DNA of 41,957 nucleotides from an uncultured Eubacteriales bacterium (lineage in GTDB: Bacteria; Bacteroidota; Bacteroidia; Bacteroidales; P3): NCBI GenBank assembly GCA_963627985.1, contig CAVGDP010000017.1, forward strand, positions 1 through 41,957, read 5' to 3'. The notes below the pieces were generated by a model, which was given only the letters and a program-made list of their open reading frames with translations, had not been told where the DNA came from and made no database searches. Shown piece after piece: positions 1 to 10,453 of the stretch. The first letter of the stretch is position 1; every line of letters begins with the position of its first letter. The translations under genes and the position numbers were made by a program.

Positions 1-45
1 GCTGCTGCTTTCAAAGAAAGAATTGGAGAGTTCGGCAAAGATTAA
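1..45 (+). CDS. 3' end of an upstream CDS cut by the window edge (...AAAFKERIGEFGKD*)
   Basis: Frame 1 is open from base 1 to TAA at 43-45. Too short to identify. Confidence 0.25.
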   Translation, partial: AAAFKERIGEFGKD

Positions 46-151
46 AAAAAAGTTGAAAAAAAACACAAATTTTGAAAGAAAAAAATAATAAATGTATCTT
101 TTTTGAGTTTTATGCGTAAAACACATATTGGAATAAAAAAAATAAAGAGTA

Positions 152-1138
152 ATGATTGTTTCTATATTCAAAAGAAATTATTTTCTACAGTTGGTATTAC
201 TTATTGTTTTGCCGATATTGTGTTGGATACCAGCGTTTATCAATCCACCGCAGGTAATAATGAACGGAAGATTGGATATGCCTTTGTATGATGTTTTGCA
301 GTATGTTTTTCCTTTGAAAAGTGTTCTAAATACAATAATTGCTTTTCTTTTAGTATTAGGGCAGGCATTTCTGCTTAATCATATTTTTACTTATTACGAC
401 CTAACAAAAAAGAATTCTTATTTCCCTGCCTTTCTCTATATGTTGCTTTTTAGTTGCGATTATAGGATAATGACTTTTAGTAGTATTTTGTTTGCTAATT
501 GTTTCATTATATTGGCAATAGGAAGTTTTTTGCAATGCTATAATAAGAATGAGGGATTGGATCAAGTCTTTTTGACGGCTTTTTTGGTGTCTTTGTCCTC
601 GTTATTTTATGTTCCGTATATACTATTTATGCTATGGATTTGGATAGGATTGTTTAATTTCAAAATATATAATTTCCGACCTTTTATCGTTAGTGTACTT
701 GGATTATTGGCACCGTATTTGGTCTTGATAATAATCTATTATCTATCTAATCAAGTAGATACTATTATGACTTTCTTTCCACTCCATTTTGCTCTATTAC
801 CTGATTTCTCGTTTTTGAATCAACCTATTCAAATAGTTTATATGGCTTATTTATTAGTTTTGATTCTGCCTGCGATAATATACACATTTGGCTACAAAAA
901 CGAACAAAAACTATCCGTAAGAAAACGCTCCTCTACGATAGTAATCTTGTTTGCTTTCTGTTTGTTACCTTTTTCGTACGCACTTAGTCAACCTATTATG
1001 AGTTTGATATTTGCTCCCTCAATGGTATTTATAATGACTATTTTCTTCTTTTCCATAAAACGACAATTATATACAGAGATATTTGTTTTGATTTTTTTAA
1101 TTTTGACAATTGCGAAAATATATATAAACATACAATAA
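152..1138 (+). CDS. multi-pass integral membrane protein, function unknown
   Basis: 328-aa ORF with an ATG start. It is very hydrophobic with many predicted TM segments (LVLLIVLPILCWIPAF, FLLVLGQAFLL, ILFMLWIWIGLF and others). No catalytic motif recognised. Confidence 0.6.
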   Translation: MIVSIFKRNYFLQLVLLIVLPILCWIPAFINPPQVIMNGRLDMPLYDVLQYVFPLKSVLNTIIAFLLVLGQAFLLNHIFTYYDLTKKNSYFPAFLYMLLFSCDYRIMTFSSILFANCFIILAIGSFLQCYNKNEGLDQVFLTAFLVSLSSLFYVPYILFMLWIWIGLFNFKIYNFRPFIVSVLGLLAPYLVLIIIYYLSNQVDTIMTFFPLHFALLPDFSFLNQPIQIVYMAYLLVLILPAIIYTFGYKNEQKLSVRKRSSTIVILFAFCLLPFSYALSQPIMSLIFAPSMVFIMTIFFFSIKRQLYTEIFVLIFLILTIAKIYINIQ

Positions 1139-1156
1139 ATAAAAAGATAATAAGTA

Positions 1157-3196
1157 ATGAAGATGACAAAATTAGCACCTGTATTGTTCTTTGCTTCGTT
1201 TGCAATGGGAACAATGGCACAAGGTCAATTGAAATCAGGAATTAATCTAAAAAATTTGGACCAAAGTGTTCAACCCGGTAGTGATTTTTATGAGTATTCT
1301 TGTGGTGGTTGGATGAAGAATAATCCTTTGCCTGCTGCGTATTCTCGTTTTGGGTCTTTCGACCAATTAGCAAAAGATAATAGCGAGAGATTGAATAATA
1401 TACTTACCGACCTTATGAGTAAGTCGTACGCACAAGGTACAACAGAGAGAAAACTTTCGGATTTGTACAAACTTGCAATGGATTCTACTCGCCGTAACCA
1501 AGAGGGAGTAAAACCTGTTATGCCGATAATCAATGAATTAGAAGCTTGCAAGACAAATCAAGATCTTTTTAATTGGGAATTGAATCAAGGTAAGTGGGGC
1601 AATCAGGAGTTTATGTATTTAATGTTTAGTGCAGACGAAAAAGACTCCAAGAATAATATTTTGAACATTTATCAAGGGGGTATAACTTTGGGACAAAAAG
1701 AATATTATTTGGATAACGATGCTCCAACAACTGCTATTCGTGAGGCTTACAAACAACATATTGTGCGTATGTTCAAATTATTTGGTTTCAAAGAAAAAGT
1801 TGCCAAAAAGAAAATGGAATACGTTATCAAAGTAGAGACAGCATTAGCGAAAGTATCTTTGTATCCAACAGAAATGCGAGACGTTGAGGCTAATTATAAT
1901 AAGATGACTTTGGCAGATTTCGAGAAAAACTACCCTAACGTTCAACTAACCAAAAGAATGTCTGCACAAGGAGTTGATAGCAAATATTTTCAAACTATGG
2001 TAGTCGGTCAGCCTACTTTCGTAAAAGGGGCAAATGATGTAATTGCATCGCTTAAACCAGAAGAGTACAAAGCGTATTTAGAGTGGGATGTAATAGTTTC
2101 TTCTGCGTCTTTGTTATCAGATGAAATAGCAGAGGCAAATTTTGACTTTTTCGGCAAAACACTTAGTGGTAGCAAAGAGATGCAACCACGTTGGAGACGT
2201 TGTACCTCACAAGTAGAGAGACAAATGGGAGAAGCCTTGGGTAAGATGTATGCAGAGAAGTATTTTCCAGAGTCTTCCAAAAAACGTATGGAGAAATTAG
2301 TAAAGAATTTACAGATTGCTTTGGCAGAAAGAATTAAAGCGCAAGATTGGATGACAGATAAGACAAAGATAGCAGCATTGGAAAAACTAATGACTTTCTA
2401 TGTAAAAATAGGTTATCCAGATACTTGGACAGATATGACAGATCTAAACATAGACCCAACGAAGACTTATTATGAGAATATTCGTGAATGTAGTCGTTTT
2501 TGGACAAAACACGATTTGGACAAGAAAGTTGGCAAGCCTGTTGATATAGAAAGTTGGCAAATGTACCCACAAACAGTTAATGCTTATTACAATCCGACTA
2601 CGAATGAGATTTGTTTTCCTGCAGGTATTTTGCAATATCCATTCTTTGACCCAACGGCAGATGATGCTTTCAATTACGGAGCGATAGGGGTTGTTATTGG
2701 GCACGAGATGACGCACGGTTTCGACGATCAAGGTTCTCATTATGACAAAGATGGTAATATGTCTGATTGGTGGTTAAAGAGCGATGTAGATAACTTCAAA
2801 ACAAAAGGCGAACAATATGCTAACTTTTTCTCCAAAATCAAAATATTGCCTGACTTAAACGCTAATGGACAATTAACTTTGGGCGAAAATCTTGCCGATC
2901 ACGGTGGTTTGCAAGTTGCTTGGTATGCTTACAAAAATGCAACTAAAACAAATCCATTGCCTGTTATAGACGGTTTTACGGCAGATCAACGTTTCTTTTT
3001 GGCGTATGCAGGTGTATGGGCAAGTAACATAACAGAGCAAGCGATTCGTTCGCAAACCAAGTCCGATCCTCATTCATTAGGACGTTGGAGAGTTAATGGA
3101 GCCTTACCTCATATAGATATGTGGTACGATGCGTTCAATATAAAACCGAGTGATAAAATGTATTTAGCACCATCGGAGCGTTTGAAACTTTGGTAA
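1157..3196 (+). CDS. pepO: M13 family zinc metallopeptidase (PepO / endothelin-converting-enzyme-like), secreted
   Basis: 679 aa with an N-terminal signal peptide. Carries the HExxH zinc motif VIGHEMTHGFDD, the downstream GENLADHGG (ExxxD) motif and a NAYY motif. Length is typical of M13 peptidases. Confidence 0.93.
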   Translation: MKMTKLAPVLFFASFAMGTMAQGQLKSGINLKNLDQSVQPGSDFYEYSCGGWMKNNPLPAAYSRFGSFDQLAKDNSERLNNILTDLMSKSYAQGTTERKLSDLYKLAMDSTRRNQEGVKPVMPIINELEACKTNQDLFNWELNQGKWGNQEFMYLMFSADEKDSKNNILNIYQGGITLGQKEYYLDNDAPTTAIREAYKQHIVRMFKLFGFKEKVAKKKMEYVIKVETALAKVSLYPTEMRDVEANYNKMTLADFEKNYPNVQLTKRMSAQGVDSKYFQTMVVGQPTFVKGANDVIASLKPEEYKAYLEWDVIVSSASLLSDEIAEANFDFFGKTLSGSKEMQPRWRRCTSQVERQMGEALGKMYAEKYFPESSKKRMEKLVKNLQIALAERIKAQDWMTDKTKIAALEKLMTFYVKIGYPDTWTDMTDLNIDPTKTYYENIRECSRFWTKHDLDKKVGKPVDIESWQMYPQTVNAYYNPTTNEICFPAGILQYPFFDPTADDAFNYGAIGVVIGHEMTHGFDDQGSHYDKDGNMSDWWLKSDVDNFKTKGEQYANFFSKIKILPDLNANGQLTLGENLADHGGLQVAWYAYKNATKTNPLPVIDGFTADQRFFLAYAGVWASNITEQAIRSQTKSDPHSLGRWRVNGALPHIDMWYDAFNIKPSDKMYLAPSERLKLW

Positions 3197-3238
3197 AACA
3201 CTAAAATACAAAGATATATATAAATATATTCACGTATT

Positions 3239-3274
3239 AAGAAAGAGGGAGTATGAGGCTATTCCTTCTTTCTT
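3239..3274 (+). terminator. hairpin terminator candidate after the M13 peptidase gene
   Basis: AAGAAAGAGGGA (3239-3250) pairs with TCCTTCTTTCTT (3263-3274) with one G-U, around a 12-nt loop, followed by TGTGTT. It lies 43 nt after the stop. Confidence 0.5.
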
Positions 3275-3565
3275 TGTGTTGGGATTGTTTATGTTTTGAT
3301 AATCAAAAGATAAGAGTTTTGTTTAGGATAAAATTAGGATAGAATTTATTTACAAGAATAATTATATTGAACGTTTTGTTAATAAGTAAAGATATTTAGA
3401 TGATTATTGAAGATAAATGAATGGTTATTAAGTATATTTGTAGGATTTAAGATAGAGTAGAGATGAGCTATAAAAATGTTTTGTTTTTGGGAGACTTTCT
3501 TTGGGAGATAAATTTAAGGATAATATTTTTTTTGGAAAAAATGTTTGTATGTCCAAAAAATTTCT

Positions 3566-3573
3566 TAACTTTG
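3566..3573 (+). promoter_or_regulatory. Bacteroidota -7 promoter box (TAnnTTTG) for the hexosaminidase gene
   Basis: TAACTTTG lies about 30 nt upstream of the ATG at 3604. Confidence 0.4.
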
Positions 3574-3603
3574 CTCCTCTAAAACAAACATATATAAAAA
3601 AAG

Positions 3604-5946
3604 ATGAACACACGTACAAAAATAATAAGTTTGGTTATTGCTATCATTTTTATCACAAATCTTAATGCTCAAGTAGTTAGCATAATACCCAAACCACAAA
3701 AGCTTGAAATAAAAAGCGGTAATCAAGTTTTTAATTTCTCTGCACAAAAGACAAAAATATTTGCTCCAAAAGATTGTCTTACAGCTCAAATACTTGCAGA
3801 GAGTTTGCAATATTACTACCCAAATAGAGAAGGTGTGCAGGTGAAAGATGATAATCTCCGTCAGAATATGGACGAAAGTATTATATTTGTACTTACAAGT
3901 CTAAAAAATTTGGGAGAAGAAGGCTATATAATGGATGTAAATAACCGTAGAATCACTATTGAAGCAAATACAGAGACAGGTTTCTTTTACGCCTTGCAAT
4001 CTTTGTGGCAGTTGATTGGTACGGATTTCTATCTTAATAGGTATAATAGTGATTATAAGGCAATTGATGGGTATAAGAAGCAAATACCTGCTTTGCATAT
4101 AGAGGATTATCCACGTTTTGAGTATAGAGGCAAACATTTGGATTGTGCTCGTCATTTCTTTGATGCTCAATACATAAAGAAATATATAGATTTATTGGCA
4201 TTACATAAGATAAATGTCTTTCATTGGCACTTAACAGACGATCAAGGTTGGCGTTTGGAAATAAAGAAATACCCACGATTACAACAAGTTGCGGCATATA
4301 GAAACGGAACTCTTATAGGACATTATTCCGATAGACCAGAGAGCGAGCATATTTACGATACTATTCGTTATGGTGGTTATTATACGCAAGAGGAAGTAAG
4401 ACAAATTGTTCAATATGCGAAAGATAGACACATAACCATAGTACCCGAGATAGAATTGCCAGGACATGCACAAGCGGCATTAGCTGCCTATCCAGAATAT
4501 TCTTGTAAGGGGGAACCGATAGAGGTTTGTAAGACTTGGGGAGTAATGAACGATGTGTTCTGTTCAAAAGAAGAGACGTTTAAGTTTTTGGAAGATGTGT
4601 TAGATGAAGTAATGGCTTTGTTTCCATCGGAATATATTCATATAGGAGGCGATGAATGTCCTACTGTTCGTTGGAAAGAATGTAAGAATTGTCAATCTTT
4701 GATGAAACAAAAGGGTTGGAAATCAGAAGATAGCATACAAGGTTATTTTACCAAAAGAATTGAGGATTATTTAACAAAACATGGTAGGAGGATAATAGGT
4801 TGGGATGAGATTTTGGAGAAAGGTGTGCGTCCTACGGCTACAATTCTTTCTTGGCAAGGCGAACAAGGTGGAATTAATGCCGCAAAACAAGGCAACGATG
4901 CTATTATGGCAGCAAGTGCTTATCTGTATTTCAATTTCTATCAAGGTGTTGCACAGGGAGAACCTTTGTCTTTTGGGGGATTTACTCCGTTGAAAAAGAC
5001 TTATTTATTTGAACCAGTGTCGAGTGTACTAACCGAAGAGGAGGGCAAACACATAATAGGAATGCAAGCATGCACCTGGACAGAATATATACTCTCAACA
5101 AACTTATTAGAATACAACGATTTGCCACGATTATCGGCAATGAGTGAAAGAGGTTGGAGTAATAAGCAAGTAAAAGATTATGATGATTTCGTAAAACGTT
5201 TAGATAACTTATTGAGTATCTATGAGGACGCAGGTTTTAATTATTCCAAATCGCATTATTCAGTTCAAATCAATAGCACCTCCAAAGACGGCAAAATAAA
5301 TGTAGAAATGTTTTCTGCTTTGCGTAATGGAGATATATATTATACGATTAATGGTGAGAAACCTACACAAAATAGCACGAAATATACAAAACCATTTACG
5401 ATAAAGAACGATGCTACCATACAAGCAATTGTATATAAGGGAGATAAAATCTATTCTCCGTTCTTTAAGGCAACATATCATATCAATAAAGCAACGGGTA
5501 AAAAATATACAATGCCAAATATTAATCCTCAATACAATGCCGGTGGGGGATATGCCTTAACTGACGGAATTAGAGGTAATAAGAAATCCTATGATGCGTG
5601 GGTTGGTACGTATGGTAAGGATTTTTGTCCTATTTTGGATATGGAAAAAGAGATTCAAATTGGTAATATAAATATCAACTTCTTAGATGAACAAGGTAGT
5701 TGGATATTTTTGCCAGAGTATGTAAAATTCTATGTTTCCAACGATGGCAAAGAGTGGAGAGAAATCACAGAAGTATACAAACAAGACGTAAAAGACAACC
5801 CAAAGGTTGTTAATTATTCTGTTTCGTGCAACGAAAAAGCAAGATATATAAAGATATTTGCAAAAAGTATAGGCAATTGTCCAAAAGGTCATTCGGGCGA
5901 AGGATATCCTTCTCATTTATTTGGCGATGAAATAGAGGTTAAATAA
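3604..5946 (+). CDS. GH20 beta-N-acetylhexosaminidase with a C-terminal discoidin/F5-8-type-C-like domain
   Basis: 780 aa with a signal peptide. GH20 signatures FHWHLTDDQGWR and IHIGGDE (catalytic D-E pair) are present. The C-terminal roughly 150 aa look like a carbohydrate-binding beta-sandwich. Confidence 0.93.
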   Translation: MNTRTKIISLVIAIIFITNLNAQVVSIIPKPQKLEIKSGNQVFNFSAQKTKIFAPKDCLTAQILAESLQYYYPNREGVQVKDDNLRQNMDESIIFVLTSLKNLGEEGYIMDVNNRRITIEANTETGFFYALQSLWQLIGTDFYLNRYNSDYKAIDGYKKQIPALHIEDYPRFEYRGKHLDCARHFFDAQYIKKYIDLLALHKINVFHWHLTDDQGWRLEIKKYPRLQQVAAYRNGTLIGHYSDRPESEHIYDTIRYGGYYTQEEVRQIVQYAKDRHITIVPEIELPGHAQAALAAYPEYSCKGEPIEVCKTWGVMNDVFCSKEETFKFLEDVLDEVMALFPSEYIHIGGDECPTVRWKECKNCQSLMKQKGWKSEDSIQGYFTKRIEDYLTKHGRRIIGWDEILEKGVRPTATILSWQGEQGGINAAKQGNDAIMAASAYLYFNFYQGVAQGEPLSFGGFTPLKKTYLFEPVSSVLTEEEGKHIIGMQACTWTEYILSTNLLEYNDLPRLSAMSERGWSNKQVKDYDDFVKRLDNLLSIYEDAGFNYSKSHYSVQINSTSKDGKINVEMFSALRNGDIYYTINGEKPTQNSTKYTKPFTIKNDATIQAIVYKGDKIYSPFFKATYHINKATGKKYTMPNINPQYNAGGGYALTDGIRGNKKSYDAWVGTYGKDFCPILDMEKEIQIGNININFLDEQGSWIFLPEYVKFYVSNDGKEWREITEVYKQDVKDNPKVVNYSVSCNEKARYIKIFAKSIGNCPKGHSGEGYPSHLFGDEIEVK

Positions 5947-6047
5947 TTCTATATCATTATATTATCTTACGAAAAGTAGATAGTAACGAGATAACTACTA
6001 AAAAGAATTTATCAACTACAATAACCAATCAGATAACTACGAACAAA

Positions 6048-6584
6048 ATGAATCTGAAGTTAAAGAAAACTATAGTCAGAATATTTGATAAGTCTATAAA
6101 AGCAGGACGTTTTTTTAGATTTATGGTTATTTTGTCTGCGATTTGGGGATTGATTTATACGTTATTTAATCTATTTGTAGTATTTTGTAAACAGAATATA
6201 ATTGATTATATTTCAACTCTTTTGGTTTCGGATAGTTTGTTTTTTTACAAAGAAAATCTTCTCTTTTTTGTATCTACTAATAGATTGATGTATATCTTTT
6301 GTCTCGTGGTAGGGTGTTTAATTTTGTATGGGTGTCATTTGCTGTTTAGGGGATATAAATGGGGGCTACTGTTTTATACTATTGCCAAAATATTTCAGGT
6401 AATCATTCCAATATTTTTCTTAGGTTATCGTGCGTTAGCCGTTGGAGATGTGATGATTATATTATTCTTTTTGGTGTATTACTATTATTATTCTTTCACT
6501 CATAATATAGAGAAATCTTGTAGACGATATAATCAAATTCAAGTCAAAGAATTATCGCAGGATGTTACAGAAAAAGAATCCTAA
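6048..6584 (+). CDS. small integral membrane protein, function unknown
   Basis: 178-aa ORF with an ATG start and 4-5 hydrophobic segments. Its stop overlaps the tilS stop on the opposite strand. Confidence 0.5.
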   Translation: MNLKLKKTIVRIFDKSIKAGRFFRFMVILSAIWGLIYTLFNLFVVFCKQNIIDYISTLLVSDSLFFYKENLLFFVSTNRLMYIFCLVVGCLILYGCHLLFRGYKWGLLFYTIAKIFQVIIPIFFLGYRALAVGDVMIILFFLVYYYYYSFTHNIEKSCRRYNQIQVKELSQDVTEKES

Positions 6585-7918
6585 TCCAATTCTAATTTGT
6601 AGATTGTCTGTGTTTTATTAGTTATCTTGTATCTATCGTCAATTCTTTCGCCAATTACCCAAACTATATCCTCTCCACTACACAACAACCATTGACTTTC
6701 TTTCTCTAAAAGCGAAAATTTATTGTTTGAAAAGTAGTCGGAAAGTTTTTGTTTTCCCTTGAAACCGAACGGAATAAAGTAATCCCCATTTTTCCAATGC
6801 CTTAGAGTTAGAGGAAATCGCAACTTATCGTAATCTAACATAGCAATACTCTTACTTTTTGGGATTTTGATGAATTTCAAATCTCTTAATATCTCTTGAT
6901 GGAGACTAATGGGCGAGGAGATATTTGTCTGATAATCATATAAAAGGTAATCTTGTTTGAGTGTTTTGTCTTTTTCGGTATGAGTTATCAAAAGATGATT
7001 TCTGTCGATAATAAGACGATAATTTTCGCTGTAAAATTGTTTGCCCGATGAGTTACTTTCGTCTATTGCATCGCAAATAGAATTGATATTTGTCTCATTA
7101 AAACCATATTCACTAAGTATTTCAAACATATATATATGAATGGGTTTCAGTGATTTAATCTTTTCTAATTCTATTTCTATAACTCCATTTTTGGAGATTA
7201 GAATTTCTTTCTTTATTTTCTCAATTACTTCCCTAAATACTTGTTCTGTCTCCCTTAATCGCTCAATATCTTTGCGAATTATAATATCAAAATTAGGCGA
7301 AATTTCTCTTAAAATAGGTATTATTTCGTTACGAATCTTGTTTCTTGTGTATTTATTGTCGCTATTTGTGGAGTCTTCTACGTGTTCAAGGTTGTGTTTT
7401 TGAGCATATTCCTTAATTTTTCGTCTTGAAGTAAAAAGCAACGGACGAATAATATAATTGCTTTTTGGCAATATGCCATGCAGACCAGCAATACCAGTAC
7501 CACGCAAAAGATTGATAAGAAAAGTTTCAGCACTATCATCGCCGTGATGAGCAGTTGCTAATAGAGTGAAACCGTGTTCTTTAACGATTTTTTCAAACCA
7601 ATCATAACGTAGATCACGGGCAGACATTTCCAAACTTTTCTTGTTTTCCTCCATATAAGTAAAAGTATCGAATTCTTGTTTATACAAAGGAATGTTATAT
7701 CTTGTAGCATAATCTGTTACGAACTTTTCATCACGCATAGATTCTTCGCCACGCAAATGAAAATTACAGTGTGCAATAGCATAATTACACCCCAAACGGC
7801 GAAATAAATCCACCATAACCATAGAATCTATACCACCACTAACGGCAAGTAATATTTTATCTTTATTTGGATCAAATAAGTTGTTCTCTTTGTTGTATTT
7901 AAGAAATTCTTGGTACAT
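6581..7918 (-). CDS. tilS: tRNA(Ile)-lysidine synthase
   Basis: 445 aa with the PP-loop motif LAVSGGIDSMV near the N-terminus and the HHGDD motif. Length and C-terminal domain are typical of TilS. Confidence 0.92.
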   Translation of the reverse strand: MYQEFLKYNKENNLFDPNKDKILLAVSGGIDSMVMVDLFRRLGCNYAIAHCNFHLRGEESMRDEKFVTDYATRYNIPLYKQEFDTFTYMEENKKSLEMSARDLRYDWFEKIVKEHGFTLLATAHHGDDSAETFLINLLRGTGIAGLHGILPKSNYIIRPLLFTSRRKIKEYAQKHNLEHVEDSTNSDNKYTRNKIRNEIIPILREISPNFDIIIRKDIERLRETEQVFREVIEKIKKEILISKNGVIEIELEKIKSLKPIHIYMFEILSEYGFNETNINSICDAIDESNSSGKQFYSENYRLIIDRNHLLITHTEKDKTLKQDYLLYDYQTNISSPISLHQEILRDLKFIKIPKSKSIAMLDYDKLRFPLTLRHWKNGDYFIPFGFKGKQKLSDYFSNNKFSLLEKESQWLLCSGEDIVWVIGERIDDRYKITNKTQTIYKLELD

Positions 7919-8032
7919 ATTCGAAGTTGGTTTTCTTAATTTTTGATAAGTATATTAAATTCTTAATATTTAGTATTTTATCTTTTTTGTGAATTGTTTT
8001 TACTTGTCCGAATTTTTTTTAATTCTATCAAA

Positions 8033-8095
8033 ATAATATTTGATTTTATTCTAATAACCTTTGATAATATTCTAATAAGTACGTTTATTATCAAA
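8033..8095 (-). repeat. short (3-unit) degenerate member of the 21-bp phased array family, upstream of tilS
   Basis: Plus-strand units are ATAATATTTGATTTTATTCTA / ATAACCTTTGATAATATTCTA / ATAAGTACGTTTATTATCAAA, each exactly 21 nt. Minus-strand reading includes TAGAATAAAATCAAATATTAT, matching units in the 36580 array. Confidence 0.55.
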
Positions 8096-8211
8096 TTCTT
8101 TACTGATATTAATTCATTTCTTGTAGGTCGATAATAAACTATTACCAGTAAAGAATATTTGATTAAATGATATTAGCGACATTATCTTTTATGTTATTCA
8201 CATTGAATATA

Positions 8212-10383
8212 TTATAGATTTTTTTCTAAAAAGTTTGTCATCATCGTATAGAGATGATAGCGAGTGTTTCCTCCATAAATGGAGTGGTTTTTGTCAGGAT
8301 AAGTGAATTGTAAGAATTGTTTATTGTTTTTTATTAAGGCATCGGTGAATCGCATTGTGTTCTGTAAGTGTACATTATCGTCAGCACTACCATGGATTAA
8401 CAAGAAATTACCTTCTAATTGGTCAGCAAAATTTATAGGACAATTCTTATCATAACCATCGGCGTTCTCTTGAGGCGTACGCATAAATCTTTCAGTATAA
8501 ATATTATCGTATGTACGCCAATTAGTTACAGGGGCAACAGCAATAGCGGTCTTGAAATATTCATGTCCCCTTGTGATACACAAAGAAGACATATAACCGC
8601 CGTAAGACCAGCCAAATATACCGATTCTTTTGCTATCAATATAATCCAAAGACCCAAAATATTTTGCTGCTTCTATTTGGTCGATACATTCTTTGTCTCC
8701 TAAATTAAGATAAGTGCATTTTTTGAAATTACTTCCTCTCATACCCGTACCTCTTCCATCAACACAAGCAACGATATACCCCTTCTGTGTCAGACATCTA
8801 AACCACATATAATCGAAAAAACGAGCCTGAGAATTTAATACCTCCTGACTACCAGGACCACCATAGACATAGAAAAGAATTGGATATTTCTTCGTTTTAT
8901 CAAAGTCAATAGGCTTCAAAATCCAGTAATGCAAAGTATCACCTAAGGTAGTAGTGAAACTATTAAACTCTTTGTTTGGAAGATTATACTTTTGGAGTTG
9001 TGTTCTTAAAGTTTGATTGTCTTGCAAAGTAGAAAGGACCTCTCCTTTATGGTTATTAATAGTGTAAATAGTTGGAGTAGAGGCATTAGAAAAGGTGCTA
9101 ATATAATATTTGCCATTGTTAGAGAATTTAGCAGAGTACATACCTAAATTGTTTTTATTAGAGATTTGTGTTAGTTTCTTTCCATTGAAATTAATCTTGA
9201 AAAGTTCTCTATTATATGAGTAAGTACTTGCAACAGTGAAGTATATACATTTTTCTTTTTCGTTTACAAAGCAAACATTATCTATATCGAAATTATTAGA
9301 GGTTATAGGCTCGACCTGTTTTGTTTTCAAATCCAAAAGATATAAATTCATAAATCCATTTCTTTCGCTTTTGACTATAGCATGTTGTTTATCATCCAAA
9401 AAGATAGCGTTTTCGGGCTGTTCAACATAACATTTGTCAGTATCGGTAAAGACCAAATCGCTTTGCATTGTGGACATATCAACCAAATATAACCTTAATT
9501 CGTTTTGATGTCTATTCATCCAAGTGTAACACAATTGATTATCTGTTTTTGTCCAAGACATACGAGGCAGATATATATCATTATGCTCTGGGATATTGAT
9601 TTTATTAGTTTTATTAGTTTGAATATCATATACATATATATCAACAAGAGAATTATCTTCGCCAGCCTTTGGGTATTTGTACGTGTAGTTATTAGGATAA
9701 ATAGAATCTACTAAATAAAAAGGGATAGTGTATTCTTTTACATTGCTTTCGTCGAAACGATAGAAGGCAATTTTATCAGAAGAATTATTCCAATAGAAAC
9801 CTTTTGTGATAGCAAACTCTTCTTCATACACCCAATCAGTTGTACCATTGATTATATGATTTTTTTCGCCGTCGAAAGTTATTTGTTTTTCGGTCATAGT
9901 AGTCAAATCGGTGATATAAAGATTATTATTCATAACAAAGGCAACTTTTTTACCATCCGGACTAAATTCTGCTAATTGTACTTTGTTGTGTCTTAACTTT
10001 ACAACGCTTTTATCTTCCATATTATATATATAATAGTAGGCAAGAAATGAATGGCGATAAATATAATCTGGGTTAGAGGTTAAAAGAATTTTCTTATTGT
10101 CCTTACTAATTGCGTAATCTGTAATCATAGAGTTAGCATCTAAGGAAAGAGTAGAAAAATCAATTAAATAGCCAATTTTTTTACCTGTCTTGTATTCGTA
10201 TTGTTCTATTCCCTTTGGAGTAAGTATGCAATATTCTTCTCCATTAGACAAGGAACGAATCTCACTTATATACATAGGACGAAATTTGTAGTTTAGCCAA
10301 ATATCTTCTAGTGTAATACTACTTTGGGCATTGATATTACCAAAACAAATCAATGCAAATAATGAAATAATTAAGTTTTTCAT
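8212..10383 (-). CDS. dipeptidyl-peptidase IV-like S9B serine peptidase, secreted
   Basis: 723 aa with a signal peptide and an N-terminal beta-propeller-like region. The C-terminal alpha/beta hydrolase domain has the nucleophile elbow GWSYGGY, then HGSADDNVH and DKNHSI (Ser-Asp-His). Confidence 0.92.
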   Translation of the reverse strand: MKNLIISLFALICFGNINAQSSITLEDIWLNYKFRPMYISEIRSLSNGEEYCILTPKGIEQYEYKTGKKIGYLIDFSTLSLDANSMITDYAISKDNKKILLTSNPDYIYRHSFLAYYYIYNMEDKSVVKLRHNKVQLAEFSPDGKKVAFVMNNNLYITDLTTMTEKQITFDGEKNHIINGTTDWVYEEEFAITKGFYWNNSSDKIAFYRFDESNVKEYTIPFYLVDSIYPNNYTYKYPKAGEDNSLVDIYVYDIQTNKTNKINIPEHNDIYLPRMSWTKTDNQLCYTWMNRHQNELRLYLVDMSTMQSDLVFTDTDKCYVEQPENAIFLDDKQHAIVKSERNGFMNLYLLDLKTKQVEPITSNNFDIDNVCFVNEKEKCIYFTVASTYSYNRELFKINFNGKKLTQISNKNNLGMYSAKFSNNGKYYISTFSNASTPTIYTINNHKGEVLSTLQDNQTLRTQLQKYNLPNKEFNSFTTTLGDTLHYWILKPIDFDKTKKYPILFYVYGGPGSQEVLNSQARFFDYMWFRCLTQKGYIVACVDGRGTGMRGSNFKKCTYLNLGDKECIDQIEAAKYFGSLDYIDSKRIGIFGWSYGGYMSSLCITRGHEYFKTAIAVAPVTNWRTYDNIYTERFMRTPQENADGYDKNCPINFADQLEGNFLLIHGSADDNVHLQNTMRFTDALIKNNKQFLQFTYPDKNHSIYGGNTRYHLYTMMTNFLEKNL

Positions 10384-10453
10384 TTTATATACTATATTTT
10401 TTATTTGTTTCTATTGTGAAATAATCGACGTTGAATCTATTTTCGTTTGAATA

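Noticed and set aside
3320-3350. TTAGGATAAAATTAGGATAGAATTTATTT resembles ATTAGGATAAAGTAGAATTTTT found just after the 12812 module. It might be an array-less relic of the element.
   Set aside because: It is a short AT-rich similarity with no adjacent 21-bp units or other module anchors, and I cannot distinguish it from chance by eye.
6581-6584. Convergent overlap of the stop codons of the 178-aa membrane ORF (TAA 6582-6584) and tilS (TAG 6583-6581), with no intervening terminator.
   Set aside because: Small convergent overlaps are common in compact genomes, and nothing further is supported by the sequence.
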